Origin: Minisyncoccia bacterium
GTDB lineage: Bacteria > Patescibacteriota > Minisyncoccia > Phycocordibacterales > Phycocordibacteraceae
Assembly (NCBI GenBank): GCA_041485695.1
Contig: JBGPJZ010000003.1
Location: forward strand, 1 to 57,113
DNA: 57,113 nucleotides
Direction of reading: 5' to 3'
Part shown: one piece after another, positions 1 through 11,100 of the stretch
Position numbering within the stretch: the first letter of the stretch is position 1
How the letters are laid out: every line of letters begins with the position of its first letter
Made by a program: the position numbers and the translations under genes
The notes under the pieces: generated by a model
What the model was told of the DNA's origin: nothing
The model's input: the letters and a program-made list of their open reading frames with translations, nothing else
Databases searched by the model: none

Positions 1-13
1 AGTTACATCCAGC
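1..13 (-). other. Probable 5' end of an intron or insertion at 23S position 1931 (truncated by window edge)
   Basis: The rRNA sense strand reads CCTAAGGT then GCTGGATGTAACT instead of the conserved AGCGAAATTCC. The break falls exactly after U1931, a known group I intron site. Only 13 nt are visible. Confidence 0.45.
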
Positions 14-2042
<2,029 letters not shown>

Positions 2043-2131
2043 TGCGGAGACCTGAATATCACTCTCATTATTCGCACTCTCACTCCCTCCCTTTCTTTCG
2101 AAAGGTCGGGATTACCTAATGCATATTCGTA

Positions 2132-2189
2132 TGTCAAAAAGCATTCAACGTGCCTAAAAACGAACGAACCGCCCCATTGGGGCGGTTCG
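2132..2189 (-). promoter_or_regulatory. rrn leader antitermination signals: boxB-like hairpin (2165-2189) followed by boxA-like TGCTTTTTGACA (2143-2132)
   Basis: 10-bp stem gaaccgcccc/ggggcggttc, then a 10/12 match to boxA TGCTCTTTAACA, in the expected order between promoter and 23S. Confidence 0.6.
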
Positions 2190-2265
2190 CGTTACAAACG
2201 CGCGGCCATTAAAGGCCTATCCCCAAGCGGTTAAGGTTTGTGGTGTTTGTAGACACGTAAAAGCG

Positions 2266-2294
2266 AGTATAGCTGGGGCTCAAACCCCTGTCAA
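2266..2294 (-). promoter_or_regulatory. Sigma70 promoter of the 23S gene, TTGACA-N17-TATACT
   Basis: Perfect -35 (2294-2289), 17-nt spacer and near-consensus -10 (2271-2266), pointing into the 23S gene. Confidence 0.85.
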
Positions 2295-2381
2295 CAGGCA
2301 AGGTCTTGAACCATTGCGGGGACTTGACATATCAAGTCATATGTGAGAAGATGCGAACGGCCAGTCAGAGGAGTAAACCAG

Positions 2382-2561
2382 ATGGCGCGAAATCTCGAAG
2401 AAATTTTAGCGATGGTCGCGGAGATGGACGAAGAAGACGAAGAGGAACGAATCATCGGAATGTCTCTTGAAGAGCTTCGGGCGGAGTTTGCCAAAGAAGG
2501 GCGAAATCTAACCGAAGAAGCTGCGGAATTTCGGCGTCGGCTTCAGGAAAAATCCAAGTAA
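2382..2561 (+). CDS. Small acidic hypothetical protein (59 aa)
   Basis: GAGGAG (2368-2373) upstream of ATG 2382. TTGACA at 2324. 18 of 59 residues are D/E, and the sequence looks helical. Confidence 0.6.
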   Translation: MARNLEEILAMVAEMDEEDEEERIIGMSLEELRAEFAKEGRNLTEEAAEFRRRLQEKSK

Positions 2562-2662
2562 TTGTCCCGTGCACGATGCCGGAAAAATAAGCCTCATGCG
2601 AATTCGCGCATGGGGCTTTGTTGTTTCTACGCCATGTCAAATACCTGCCGTTTGACAAACGC

Positions 2663-2694
2663 AAAACCCGCGCGGCAGAGTCGCGCGGGTTTTT
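2663..2694. terminator. Bidirectional intrinsic terminator
   Basis: aaaacccgcgcg / cgcgcgggtttt inverted repeat between converging ORFs. Confidence 0.8.
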
Positions 2695-2709
2695 CAAACC
2701 AGAGAAAAC

Positions 2710-3393
2710 TTAGTCTTTGATTGAGCCGCGGAGATGCTCAAGATAGCGAGCGGCTGCCGCTTGGCCGCCAAGGCCGAAGGAGAGGCCGACCGCAAGCGAG
2801 ATGGCAATCACCACGCCCGTGAAGAGGGTCTGCACGAAGGCCGTCGCAATCTGCAATTGCGCCATGGCGGCGAGTATCGCGAAGATCCAGATCGAGTAGC
2901 GAGCGACTGAGCCCATCAAGTTCGCCGCCTGGAGGCCAGCTGCGCGGGCTGAACCTGCGACAACGCGCTGTGATGCATCAGCTACGATAGCTGCTACAAG
3001 CAGGATCATGACCGCAACGATTACCTGCGGGAGGTACCCGAGCACTACCTCGCTCAAGAAGGCGTTGACCGCATCAAGGTGAAGCACGCCGAGCGCGGCT
3101 ACCAAGAAAACGACAATGACAAACCACTTGACCAGGATGCCGAGGAAAAGCCCCGATGAGAGGCTGTACCCGGCGCGCTCTACGACACGGTCAACACCAG
3201 CTGCCTTAAGCGCGCTGTCGATGCGGAGCGAGTCGACAATCTGTTTGACGACACGCTCGAGACCGAGGCCGATGAGCCAGCCGATGACGAAGATGACGAT
3301 CGCGATGACTAAATTGGGGATGAACACGATAAGCCCTGACAGGAGGTTCTGAAAGGACTGATTGAGTACATCCGCCCACGTGGTGAAAACCAT
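2710..3393 (-). CDS. Small-conductance mechanosensitive channel-like protein (CmpX/TM-helix repeat type)
   Basis: Multiple TM helices with the pattern FIPNLVIAIVIF...GYLPQVIVAVMILL, ending GLSFGLGG. Confidence 0.85.
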   Translation of the reverse strand: MVFTTWADVLNQSFQNLLSGLIVFIPNLVIAIVIFVIGWLIGLGLERVVKQIVDSLRIDSALKAAGVDRVVERAGYSLSSGLFLGILVKWFVIVVFLVAALGVLHLDAVNAFLSEVVLGYLPQVIVAVMILLVAAIVADASQRVVAGSARAAGLQAANLMGSVARYSIWIFAILAAMAQLQIATAFVQTLFTGVVIAISLAVGLSFGLGGQAAAARYLEHLRGSIKD

Positions 3394-3467
3394 AGATAAT
3401 TGCTAGCGTTTTTGACCTAATAATGCCCGCAAGAGGTGCGAGCTCCTATCTCAAAGTGTACCAATTC

Positions 3468-4037
3468 TTAGAGCCCAATGCGGTCGAGGAGGCTCTGGTG
3501 TGGATAGTCAAAAACGTCCCGGAGGAGGCGGTCGTAGATGCCGCGCCGATAGGCAAAGTCCTCGGTCCCAAAGGAGGCGTAGCGTATTTCCCGCCCCAGC
3601 TCTGCCTCGATGACTTGCGCGGCGCGCGCAAGGGCGCGCTCATCAAGCTTATCCCCGACAACGAGGAGATCGATGCTTGATTCAGAGACGCCCGTGAATA
3701 CGCCCGAGAGGACGACAAGACGAAGCGCTCCCGCCTTCTTCAAATTCCGCACAAGAGCCGCTGGGGCAACGACGGTGGTCGAGCGGATAAATGCACTCAA
3801 TGCATCGAGATACGGGTAGCGCTGATTTACACGGTAGGTGGATGCCTTTACCGTCCCGGAGCGCTTTAAAAGCCCGGCACGGACGAGGCGTAGGAGTTCG
3901 GCCCGCGCATCGTTCGACGAGAGTTTCGCGCGCATTATAACATCATCAAACGAATAGGCGTCGGTGTGGTTAAAAAGAAAGAGCCGCAGTAGCTTTACCC
4001 GCGCAAGAGAACCGAAAAGCAGTCCGAGTGATTCCAT
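3468..4037 (-). CDS. Winged-helix plus degenerate nucleotidyltransferase-fold protein
   Basis: N-terminal HTH-like segment (ARVKLLRLFL...ELLRLVRAGLL) and C-terminal SGVF..SIDLLVVGD MNT-like motif. Start reassigned to MESLG at 4037. Confidence 0.7.
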   Translation of the reverse strand: MESLGLLFGSLARVKLLRLFLFNHTDAYSFDDVIMRAKLSSNDARAELLRLVRAGLLKRSGTVKASTYRVNQRYPYLDALSAFIRSTTVVAPAALVRNLKKAGALRLVVLSGVFTGVSESSIDLLVVGDKLDERALARAAQVIEAELGREIRYASFGTEDFAYRRGIYDRLLRDVFDYPHQSLLDRIGL

Positions 4038-4063
4038 AATCCGGGCTAGTGTACCGCACAAAC

Positions 4064-4092
4064 GCAAAACCCGCCAAAATGACGGGTTTTGC
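4064..4092 (-). terminator. Terminator downstream of rplL
   Basis: gcaaaacccg / cgggttttgc inverted repeat. Confidence 0.75.
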
Positions 4093-4133
4093 TCTCATAC
4101 TTCGCAGAGGACTGCTCAGTATAACTTTGTAGA

Positions 4134-4496
4134 TTACTTCAAAGTCACTTTTGCACCAGCGTCAGTCAACTTCTTCGCAAGCTCTGCGCCCTCTTCCTTC
4201 TTCATACCCTGCTTCAGCATCGAGGGGGCGCCATCAACGAGGTCTTTCGCCTCCTTAAGGCCCAAACCGAGCGCCTCCTTCACCGCCTTGATGACAGCAA
4301 TCTTGGTGCCGCCCGCGTCAGTGAGCTCGACGTCTACCGTCGACTTGCCCTCCTCCGCCAGTGCACCGGCCGCGGGGCCTGCGGCTGCAACCGCAGTTGC
4401 AGAAACACCCCACTTTTCCTCAATGGCCTTAACCAAGGTATTGAGTTCGAGTACGGTCATCTTTTCTACTGATTCAATTATTTGTTCTTGTGTCAT
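4134..4496 (-). CDS. rplL: 50S ribosomal protein L7/L12
   Basis: KIAVIKAVK...[15 protein letters not shown]...GAKVTLK. Confidence 0.98.
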   Translation of the reverse strand: MTQEQIIESVEKMTVLELNTLVKAIEEKWGVSATAVAAAGPAAGALAEEGKSTVDVELTDAGGTKIAVIKAVKEALGLGLKEAKDLVDGAPSMLKQGMKKEEGAELAKKLTDAGAKVTLK

Positions 4497-4987
4497 GCGT
4501 TTTTAGTTTTTGCCACCTCACTAAGAGCAATCGCAAAGCGCTGAAGTGGCGAGTTGATAACATTGGCGAACATTCCGCGGAGAATGGGCATAGACGGTAT
4601 TGTTGCGATGGCCGTCATTTTAGCCGCATCAGCAAATGCATTTTCAAAGATACCGCCCATGATAGTGAGCGCACCCTTGTACTTTTTCGCGTGCTCGTAG
4701 ATCCCGCGCGCTGCAGAGGTCGAGTCGCCCTCGCTCCACGCAAGCGCGATCTCACCCTCCATATCAGGCGCTTGCCCTGCGTAGCCCTGCTTCTCAAGAG
4801 CAAGGCGAAGTAGGGTCTTCTTTGCGACGTAATAGCCGACACCTTCGCGCTTAAGCGCACGACGCATCGCTGCCGTGTCGGCAACGGTGAGCTTGTGAAA
4901 GCGCACGAATACCGCCGACGTCGCCTTAGAGAGCGCGTCAGAGACTTTCGCGATTATCTCGCGCTTCTTATCTTTCGTAATTGCCAT
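4493..4987 (-). CDS. rplJ: 50S ribosomal protein L10
   Basis: [33 protein letters not shown] overlap with rplL. Confidence 0.96.
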   Translation of the reverse strand: MAITKDKKREIIAKVSDALSKATSAVFVRFHKLTVADTAAMRRALKREGVGYYVAKKTLLRLALEKQGYAGQAPDMEGEIALAWSEGDSTSAARGIYEHAKKYKGALTIMGGIFENAFADAAKMTAIATIPSMPILRGMFANVINSPLQRFAIALSEVAKTKNA

Positions 4988-5056
4988 ACATTTTCTGCAC
5001 GAACGAATTGAAAGGAGATTCGACCTGGTTTACCTCGAGTTTAATCGAGAGGTCTC

Positions 5057-5150
5057 CCTCGGCAGGACTTACGGGCATGCCACAAGGGCACTTCCAGATT
5101 CCTAAGTCGTTCTACTCCTAAGGAATCTTAGGTCGCCTGCTGTCTTCGGC
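5057..5150 (-). promoter_or_regulatory. L10 ribosomal protein leader (autoregulatory RNA)
   Basis: Minus strand GCCGAAGACAGCAGG ... CCTGCCGAGG, the characteristic ends of the L10 leader, upstream of rplJ. Confidence 0.8.
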
Positions 5151-5162
5151 TCGTACGCGAGT

Positions 5163-5191
5163 ATCCTAACAGCTCTCTCGTAAACCTGCAA
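5163..5191 (-). promoter_or_regulatory. Promoter for rplJL, TTGCAG-N17-TAGGAT
   Basis: -35 and -10 hexamers with a 17-nt spacer immediately 5' of the L10 leader. Confidence 0.6.
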
Positions 5192-5329
5192 TTAGTACTG
5201 CGCTACGCTCGCGGCATTCAGCGCTATGAGAGCGACGGCAATGAGGAGCGAGAAGCCAGCTGAAAATTTAACGAACTCGACGAAAAACGGGAGCGCGCGG
5301 CGTAGCTTGGTATCAGTTTGATTTTTCAT
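5192..5329 (-). CDS. Small membrane protein (45 aa, below ORF-track cutoff)
   Basis: MKNQTDTKLRRALPFFVEFVKFSAGFSLLIAVALIALNAASVAQY*. One hydrophobic helix, and the start overlaps the stop region of the upstream gene. Confidence 0.6.
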   Translation of the reverse strand: MKNQTDTKLRRALPFFVEFVKFSAGFSLLIAVALIALNAASVAQY

Positions 5330-7442
5330 GGGCGTTTATCGTATCCAGGTCAGACTGGGCCGCTTCATTGCCCGGCTCAAACGTGAGAATCTCCTCGAGA
5401 AAGAATTTCGCATTAGGGAGGTCGAGCGTCTTTTCATAATAAACGACGGCGCGTTTCGCGGTAAGGAGATTGGATACGTAGGAAGCCTTGCCGAGCGCCG
5501 CCTCTTTCGCTGCACTCGCAGCATCGCCAAGCGCCACGTAAAGCTCAGCGAGGACAAAGTGGGGCTCGGAAAGACTCGGGACAAGCGCAATATAATCACG
5601 CAGTGTCGTGACCGCCGTCTGATATAGTCCTGTCCTCTCGGCTCCCGGCGGGAGTGTTTTTGCTTGCCCGATAGCGATGTTCGCGAGGATATACCACGAC
5701 TGCGGGCGTTTTGGCGAGAGGTCAATCACCTGCTTCAGCACCTGCTGCTCGTACGATGAGTCGACTGCCGTACCCGTAGGCGCAGAGTCCATAACCTGCA
5801 GAAGATAAAGGCCCGTGCGCGCGTCATAGGGGTACTGTCCGTAGTTGCGTTTCAAGACGCTAACAGCGCTTTCATACGCTTTCGTAAGGTCTTCTCCTTT
5901 TAACAGCGGGAGTTGTTCATTGGTGTACTCAAAATAGGCGTTGTAACCGAACTCGAGGTCGCCATAGGTACCGAGCGCAAGACCTTTTTCAGTATCGGCT
6001 TTCGTGCGATTCACGTCAGAGACATGGTAGAGGTACGCGGTAAATGCGAGCCGGTTCGCTTCAAGAGGCCTCACGATAATGGGGATAAGGAGGAGGAGGA
6101 GGGCAGCCCCGATGCCCGCACCGACCCATCGTACGCCGTGTGGCAGCGGGAGTACGGAGGAGCTGCCGCCGGTCTCACGCGCAAGGACGAGCGCGGTAAG
6201 CACTACAAGGAGCCAGAGGGTCACCCCGGTATCGAACACGAAAAAGTTCTGTAGCGCGTAGGTGATGAAACCGAGAAAAAGAAAAAGCCCGTACCGCCGC
6301 CACATGCTCCCTGGCGCTCCTCGACGCCACAGGTCGAAGCTTGTCACGAGAGCCGCCGCGATGAGTGCCAGATAGAGCGCAAGGCCGATCGCGCCGAACT
6401 GTATGAGGTAGTCGAGATAGGCGTTGTGCGAACGGTCAAACCACTCTTCGATAATCTGCGTAGGGTCGTAGATGCGGTTGAAAAGGTAGTCGATGTGCTC
6501 GGCGCCCCATCCGAGGATTGGCTTCGACAATGTCTCGGGGAGCATCTGCTCCCACAAGAAGAGGCGGCTTGAAACGGTCGCGTCAGTAAGCGATATCGAG
6601 GCGATGCGTTTTATCGGCTCAAACGGTACTGATGCAAGCGGGCCGCGAAACACAAAAAAGAGTATGACCAGCGCGGCCGCGCCTGCAATGCCGCGCAAAG
6701 CCCAGGTGCGCTTAGCGCCAGCGCTTCGCATCCCTTCATACACCAGGACTCCGGCACCGATGAAAATAAGTGCGAGCAGCGTGCCGCGTGTTGCGGCAAG
6801 CGCTATCCCAAGGAGTTCGAGCCACGAACCAGCTACGAGAGCCCTATGCTGCCACCCGCTCGCATCTTTCAACACCGCGCGCGTCACGAAAAAAGCCATG
6901 CCAAGATACGCCGCAAGGAAAGCCGCGTTGCCCATGGTCCCCCCGACGCGGCCACTCGCCTGCGCGATAAATGAGAGATTGGCGCCTGAATAGATGTTGA
7001 GCCACTGGATGAGCACGTACAGCCCGGCAATCGAGCCCACCCACGCGATGAGACGCAAGAACCGGCTCGTAAACGCCTCATCGGCCGTCAGTATGATGAG
7101 GTAAAAATAGGCACTGCAGACGGTGAGGGTAAGGAGGCCATCGCCGCGTTCAAAGGTTGACCAGAAGCTTCGATAGAAATCGATGCCCGATAGAGAGGCC
7201 AGATAAGCAACGAGGAGAAGGGTAACGGGTATCCACGTTTGCCAACGCTTCAGGCGTTCCCAGAAAAATGATTGCCCTCCGAGTGCAAGATAGGTAAAGA
7301 GAGCGAGCGCGATGATACCGAACGCTCGCAAGGCGAGCGTCTTCGGCGTCATCATGGGGTACATGAGCCCGTCAATATAAAAAAGTGGCAGGAGCGCAGG
7401 GGCTAAGAGAACCCATGTGTACGCTTTCGAGAGAGACTTCAT
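5313..7442 (-). CDS. O-antigen ligase/oligosaccharyltransferase-like (Wzy_C) membrane protein with C-terminal TPR-like region
   Basis: About 12 TM helices. GTMGNAAFLAAYL, RGTLL, SRLFLW, PILGWGAE and DRSHNAYLD motifs. Confidence 0.88.
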   Translation of the reverse strand: MKSLSKAYTWVLLAPALLPLFYIDGLMYPMMTPKTLALRAFGIIALALFTYLALGGQSFFWERLKRWQTWIPVTLLLVAYLASLSGIDFYRSFWSTFERGDGLLTLTVCSAYFYLIILTADEAFTSRFLRLIAWVGSIAGLYVLIQWLNIYSGANLSFIAQASGRVGGTMGNAAFLAAYLGMAFFVTRAVLKDASGWQHRALVAGSWLELLGIALAATRGTLLALIFIGAGVLVYEGMRSAGAKRTWALRGIAGAAALVILFFVFRGPLASVPFEPIKRIASISLTDATVSSRLFLWEQMLPETLSKPILGWGAEHIDYLFNRIYDPTQIIEEWFDRSHNAYLDYLIQFGAIGLALYLALIAAALVTSFDLWRRGAPGSMWRRYGLFLFLGFITYALQNFFVFDTGVTLWLLVVLTALVLARETGGSSSVLPLPHGVRWVGAGIGAALLLLLIPIIVRPLEANRLAFTAYLYHVSDVNRTKADTEKGLALGTYGDLEFGYNAYFEYTNEQLPLLKGEDLTKAYESAVSVLKRNYGQYPYDARTGLYLLQVMDSAPTGTAVDSSYEQQVLKQVIDLSPKRPQSWYILANIAIGQAKTLPPGAERTGLYQTAVTTLRDYIALVPSLSEPHFVLAELYVALGDAASAAKEAALGKASYVSNLLTAKRAVVYYEKTLDLPNAKFFLEEILTFEPGNEAAQSDLDTINAHEKSN

Positions 7443-7443
7443 G

Positions 7444-7953
7444 TTAGCTACTTACCACTTGGGGGTGTGCTTTGAGAAAATCGGAAAGCGCGGATTGATA
7501 TTGAGGTATGGGTTGCGCCTCGGCGGCATGTTCAAAGGCGAAACGTGCAGTGTGATACGCGCCGAGGCGCTCGTACAAAACGCCAGCGTTGTACCAGGCA
7601 AGGCCAGTATGTTCTGCATCAATCGCAAGCGCCTTTTCGAGGTAGGCGAGCTCGTTCTTCCCGTCGCCGAGGAGGTCGTATTGATTTGCGATGCTTACAT
7701 AGAGTTCATAGGCAGTCGCCTCTTTCGTACCAAACAAGCCCTTGAGACGCGTGATTTCATCTGTCGCTCGCTTTGTAAGCTCCCCGCTCCCGGTATATGC
7801 GCCTTTAAAGTCCCATATCGTCACGGCATCCCCGGCCTGGAGCTGAAGCGCGTATGGCGGGAGCTCTGGGGCCTGATGTACATACCACCAACCACCCGCC
7901 GCGAGTATGCCGACAGCGAGAACGCCAAATACATACCACAGCCCGTTTTTCAT
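7444..7953 (-). CDS. Membrane-anchored TPR protein
   Basis: N-terminal TM followed by LAYLEKALAIDAEHTGLAWYNAGVLYERLG. Start set at MKNGLW, 7 nt after TATCCT. Confidence 0.8.
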   Translation of the reverse strand: MKNGLWYVFGVLAVGILAAGGWWYVHQAPELPPYALQLQAGDAVTIWDFKGAYTGSGELTKRATDEITRLKGLFGTKEATAYELYVSIANQYDLLGDGKNELAYLEKALAIDAEHTGLAWYNAGVLYERLGAYHTARFAFEHAAEAQPIPQYQSALSDFLKAHPQVVSS

Positions 7954-7992
7954 GTTGACCAGGATACCACATGGACATTCCCCTCGGGTATA

Positions 7993-8022
7993 CAAAAACC
8001 CCCTCTTGCGAGGGGGTTTTTG
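7993..8022. terminator. Strong terminator after the large surface-protein gene
   Basis: caaaaaccccctc / gagggggtttttg. Confidence 0.85.
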
Positions 8023-8105
8023 CTGGGCTAAACCTTTCGGTCACCCGGTGTCGGGCCAATTCCCGACTGGAAGGTTTCGAATCGCTTGCGCGACTCAAGT
8101 CCTCA

Positions 8106-11100
8106 CTAGTTCTGGAGAGAGCGCGAGCCGAGCGTGACCGGCAATGTCTTCACGAGGAAGTCATTGGTCCAGTCGGTCGCAGAGCCTGCGAGAGAACCAG
8201 CGTCAGCGGCGTGAGCCGTTGGGCTTGCCCAGTCAGACCACACGAAGGACGCGTTACCCGAGGTACCGTAGGTACCAGCGAGCGTCAGGAACGTGTTGTT
8301 CGCTGTAGCTGTCGTTGATGGGTTCCCGAGACTCACGTTCACGTTGTAGACACCTGAAGTGAGGGTACCGCCCACCGTGCCGCGAAGTTCGTAGGTACGA
8401 GTAGTACCCATCGGAACAGTCTGAGCCGTGTTAGGACGGAAGTGCAAGGAGCCACCAGTCGAAGAAGGCGTCGCGACACCGAAGGTGTCACAGACAGTGG
8501 CACATTGAGCCTGTGCCGCGCTCGTAGTGGTCGCGAAGGTGCCGAGCACGTTCGTTGCTCCACCCGTGATATCCCACAGTGCAACCGTTGAGGTTGCGCC
8601 GAGAGTAATCGCCGCGCTCTTCGTAATCGAGAAGATCACTTGACCCCAGTCGACATCGCCAGCGGCATCAGCCGTAACGGTGAAGCGGCCAAGGACTTGG
8701 TCGGTGCCAATACCCAAGGTTGAGCTTGGAGCAGGGCCGGCAGCGACAGAGGCAATCGACTTACGGACATAGAACACACCCTTACCCCCCGTATCGTTCG
8801 AGAAGAGGTTTGCGCTCGCTGTAAGCGACGTGTCGGCAGTGCCCGACGAGTCTGTCGCGTTGAATCCTTCGTTTGCCGAAAGACCCACTGTGATGCCTCG
8901 GCCTGACGTAGCGCCTGACGAGACCGTCGGGACGCTGACATCAACCTCGAGATCACGGCTGTTGTCTTGCGGAATGAAGAAGCTAAGACCCGTGAAGGTA
9001 GCCGTTGCAAACGTTTTCGTCGTCGGAAGCGCCAAGGACTGCGTCGCAGTCTTTTGGGCGCCGTTAACGTCGAGATACTTGATGGTTACGTTTGCCACTG
9101 ACGTCGCTTGGTTAGACGGGATGATGACCTCCAGCTTGTCGATCGTGTACTGAGAGTACTGCGTCGTAAAGCGGAAGACACCTGCCTTCACTGATTGCGA
9201 GCCTGCAATGACGTTCGTACTGTCAGGCGTCGAACCAGTGTTGTCGGTAACCGTAAGCGTCGCCGCGCCGACCGTCATGGTCTGCAGGGTTGGTACGCCA
9301 AGCGCAGCAACCGAGACAGAGGTGCCTGTGATGGCACCCGTGCCAGTCGTGTTCGTCGTTACCGTCGTGGCTGGGATAGCACCGATGTTGGCACCCGTCT
9401 TGACGTCTGCATAGACATCGAAGGTTACGGTGCCTGAAGCAGGGATATCAACACTGCCCGTGAACCCGTTCGAGGTGCCGACGGTCGACTTAGCCGTACC
9501 GTACATAGCGCCTGTGTCGTGGTTCTTGAGCGTGAGATTCGTCAACGTCGAGCCGACTGCCGAAGCAAAGCCGATTTCGATAGTGTTGACGTTTGCCCCT
9601 TCAGTTGAACCGGTCGAGAGCGTGAGAGCGCCAATCTTGGCCTGTATCGCACCGGCGATAATCGTCTGATTACCGTAGTACGAAGCCTTCGTCGCTGTCA
9701 AAGCGGCCGAAGAGACCGTGATTTGGTTGCCTGTGAGCTCACTTGCCGGGACGTTAATCGCGGCGACCGAGATCTGGCCTTGTGCGTTAGATGCACCAAC
9801 GCCGAGGTAGATCTTCACCGTCTCGTTGTTCGCGAGGTTGACCGATGTCCCAGTCTTGGCGTCGCCGTAGATGTCAACGACTGCCGTCTGACCGAGAGGC
9901 ACGATGAACGATGAGCCGAAGGTGAAGTTCGTCGTGGTACCGCCGTATTCAGCGAGATCCTTGGTGGAACCTACTTGGACACCGTTCAAGAAGACTTTGC
10001 CATTATCAAGACCGAGAGCGCTTGCCGAGGTGTCAGCTGAAACATTGAGGTTATCAATTTTCACTGGTTCGCCGTTAGCGATGATCTTGAAGCTGGCCCA
10101 TTTAACATTCGAGGCACCGACAGAGACGTTCGCGGTCGGGGAGTCAGCCGAGCGAGAGATCGACGGGGCTGATTGAGTGACCGAGTTGATGGTCGCTGCG
10201 GTTGCAGGAGCGGTATGAGCCGCAAACGCTGCAGTGATCGAAGAGCCATTGCCTCGTACCAAGATCGGCTGGTTCAAGTCTGTGTCGATGAAGATAGCAT
10301 CGCCAGCATAGCGCAAGGACAATTGGAAGGTCCTTGACGCGCCGCTCACGATGTCTGCGACGACCTTGATGACACGACCGCCCGTCTCAAGACGAAGCGG
10401 GGAGGCCGAGAGATCGAAGGTAATGATGTCGTTCGCGTCCTTTGCTGCTACTGCATTGCCAACCCTATTGCCATCTACGTAGAGGCGGTAGTTGGTAATG
10501 TCACCAGCCTGGGCAGAGCCAATCTGGCGAAGCGCAAGAGCCTTGAACATGACCGCGCGCGTACCAACCGTCACCGTATTCTGCCACACGGTGTAATCCG
10601 CCTGGGGATCAACCGCGGTAGCTGACGGTGAAGATGTGATAGCGAGGTCAACGTTAGCCAAGGTCGCCGCCGAGACAGCTTGGAGGCCGCCCATAATCGG
10701 GAGCGATACCGAGCTGTCAAGCGTGCCTGTTGCAGCTACCGAGACAAGCTGTACGCCAATCTGCTGGCCAGCCGCTGAGGCATCGATGTCTGAACGGACC
10801 GAGACGGTAATCCAACCACCCGCAGGGACAGAGAAGAGCCCGGTCGGGTTGTTGAAGCTGAACGCGCCGCTCGATACGCTAGCAGAGTCCGTCAAGCGGG
10901 CTGCGCCGTTGTAGAGGTAGACGTTCGTCATCGTCGCGTCGTTCGAAACGCCAAAGCGCTTGAACGAGATGTTCGTGACATTCACCGCAGAACCGGTCGG
11001 GTTCTGGAAGGTGAACTTCGCAAGCTCGGCCGAAGCCTGGCCTTGCACAAGCGCCGTGCCGTTCGGAGAGTCGGAGGCGAGCATGACCTTGAGGCCATTG

